The translations under genes were made by a program, and so were the position numbers. Shown here in pieces: positions 63,024-64,000 of a DNA stretch of 64,000 nt. Each line of letters begins with the position of its first letter. Positions within the stretch are counted from its first letter, which is position 1. The notes below the pieces were generated by a model that was not told the origin of the DNA, ran no database searches, and was given only the letters and a program-made list of their open reading frames with translations. This DNA is from Balamuthia mandrillaris (Eukaryota), in the NCBI GenBank assembly GCA_031835245.2, contig JAVKOQ020000111.1:1-64000 (forward strand), given 5' to 3'.

Positions 63024-64000
63024 TTACAACAAGCCCAACCGCCGGATGGCTTTAAACTGATCAGGTATCTCCATCAACGCTTCGATGGCGAACGACGCAT
63101 CAGCATGCTTCAACGGTGCATGCTTATTCCACTCCACAAACTGAAACTGAAAAAGATAGCAGAGCGAACGTGAGTATCATGTTTAAAACTAAACTAAATG
63201 AGATGAGAGGTAAACATACGTTATCGAAACGACGCGCAGGTAGTCCGTCATCCTTTTGGTTTTTGCCAAGCGTTAGCTCTTCGCGGAACAGAGGAAAAAA
63301 AACCGATACGTACAAACTCTTTCATGGTGTACCAAGGGCCATCGCCAACACCCACAACGATGATGGACAGGGGATGGTTGGTGGCTTCCACGATGGCATC
63401 CACAGTCTCTTTCTCTCTGGTGATCTCGCCATCGGCGATGATGACCAGAATGTGATAGCTTTTGTCCGCTTCCACAATCCGTATTGCTTCTTGAATCTGT
63501 GCAGAAGATTAGGAAGCAGAAAGAAGGATGGAGAAAGAAAGAAAGAAAGAAGAGGAGGAAGAAGAAGAGGAAGAAGAAGAGGAGGAATGAGAAATAACAA
63601 GCAGAGATGCTCATGAGGAAGAGGAGCGACGAACGATTGGAGCAAAGGAAGTGGGGCCACTGAGCAACACTCTGGGGGTGATTTCCTTGTACCGTGCCAA
63701 GGCTTCTTGGAAGCCACGGCAAGGACGCCCATCCGCAAAGAAACGAAACACGCCTTTATCCTTTGTCGTTACGTCTCCTATTCTGTTGGTTAACAAAAAG
63801 TGAAAAAAAAAAACACAAAGAAGACGAACCGAAGCCAAAGCAAGGAATAAGTCGGTCCTCATCAAAAGCTTCCAGAGTGCGACCTAGAATAGAGATGCAG
63901 CGCTCGTATGGGTTTGGCTCGGCCCCTGTCGTGTCATGCAGACTTCTCCCGTAAAAACTGTGTTTTCCATTCCACTCGTTGGACTTGGTGTAGTCGATCC
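63024..64000 (-). CDS. Copine/RGLG-type vWA domain protein, 3' part (5' end outside the window)
   Basis: [80 protein letters not shown]. Confidence 0.92.

Overview
Gene-dense eukaryotic nuclear DNA with many short GT-AG introns rich in (CT)n, (GAA)n and (TTTC)n microsatellites. Gene content and style suggest a free-living amoeba or similar protist (inference). About 30 protein-coding loci are supported, including RPL5, bL36m, an ABCG half-transporter, severin/gelsolin, aminoacylase-1, Tom7, a dual-specificity phosphatase, PDI, Myb, polyubiquitin, TDG/MUG, BiP, RAD51C, START and copine proteins. The window also holds three canonical tRNAs (Gly-TCC x2 as an inverted pair, Cys-GCA), a degenerate Mutator-like DNA transposon with imperfect TIRs, and several disrupted ORFs. 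Most striking: (1) a circularly permuted tRNA-Ile(GAU)-like gene at 18943-19028 (-), with the 3' half upstream of the 5' half and complementary flanks; (2) an apparently split RFX system, with a DBD-only gene and a dimerisation-domain-only gene a few kb apart; (3) a SAM-domain/purine nucleoside phosphorylase fusion with altered specificity residues; (4) ERSE-II-type ER-stress elements upstream of BiP with a matching core upstream of PDI. Exon boundaries and family calls were made by eye, without database searches.
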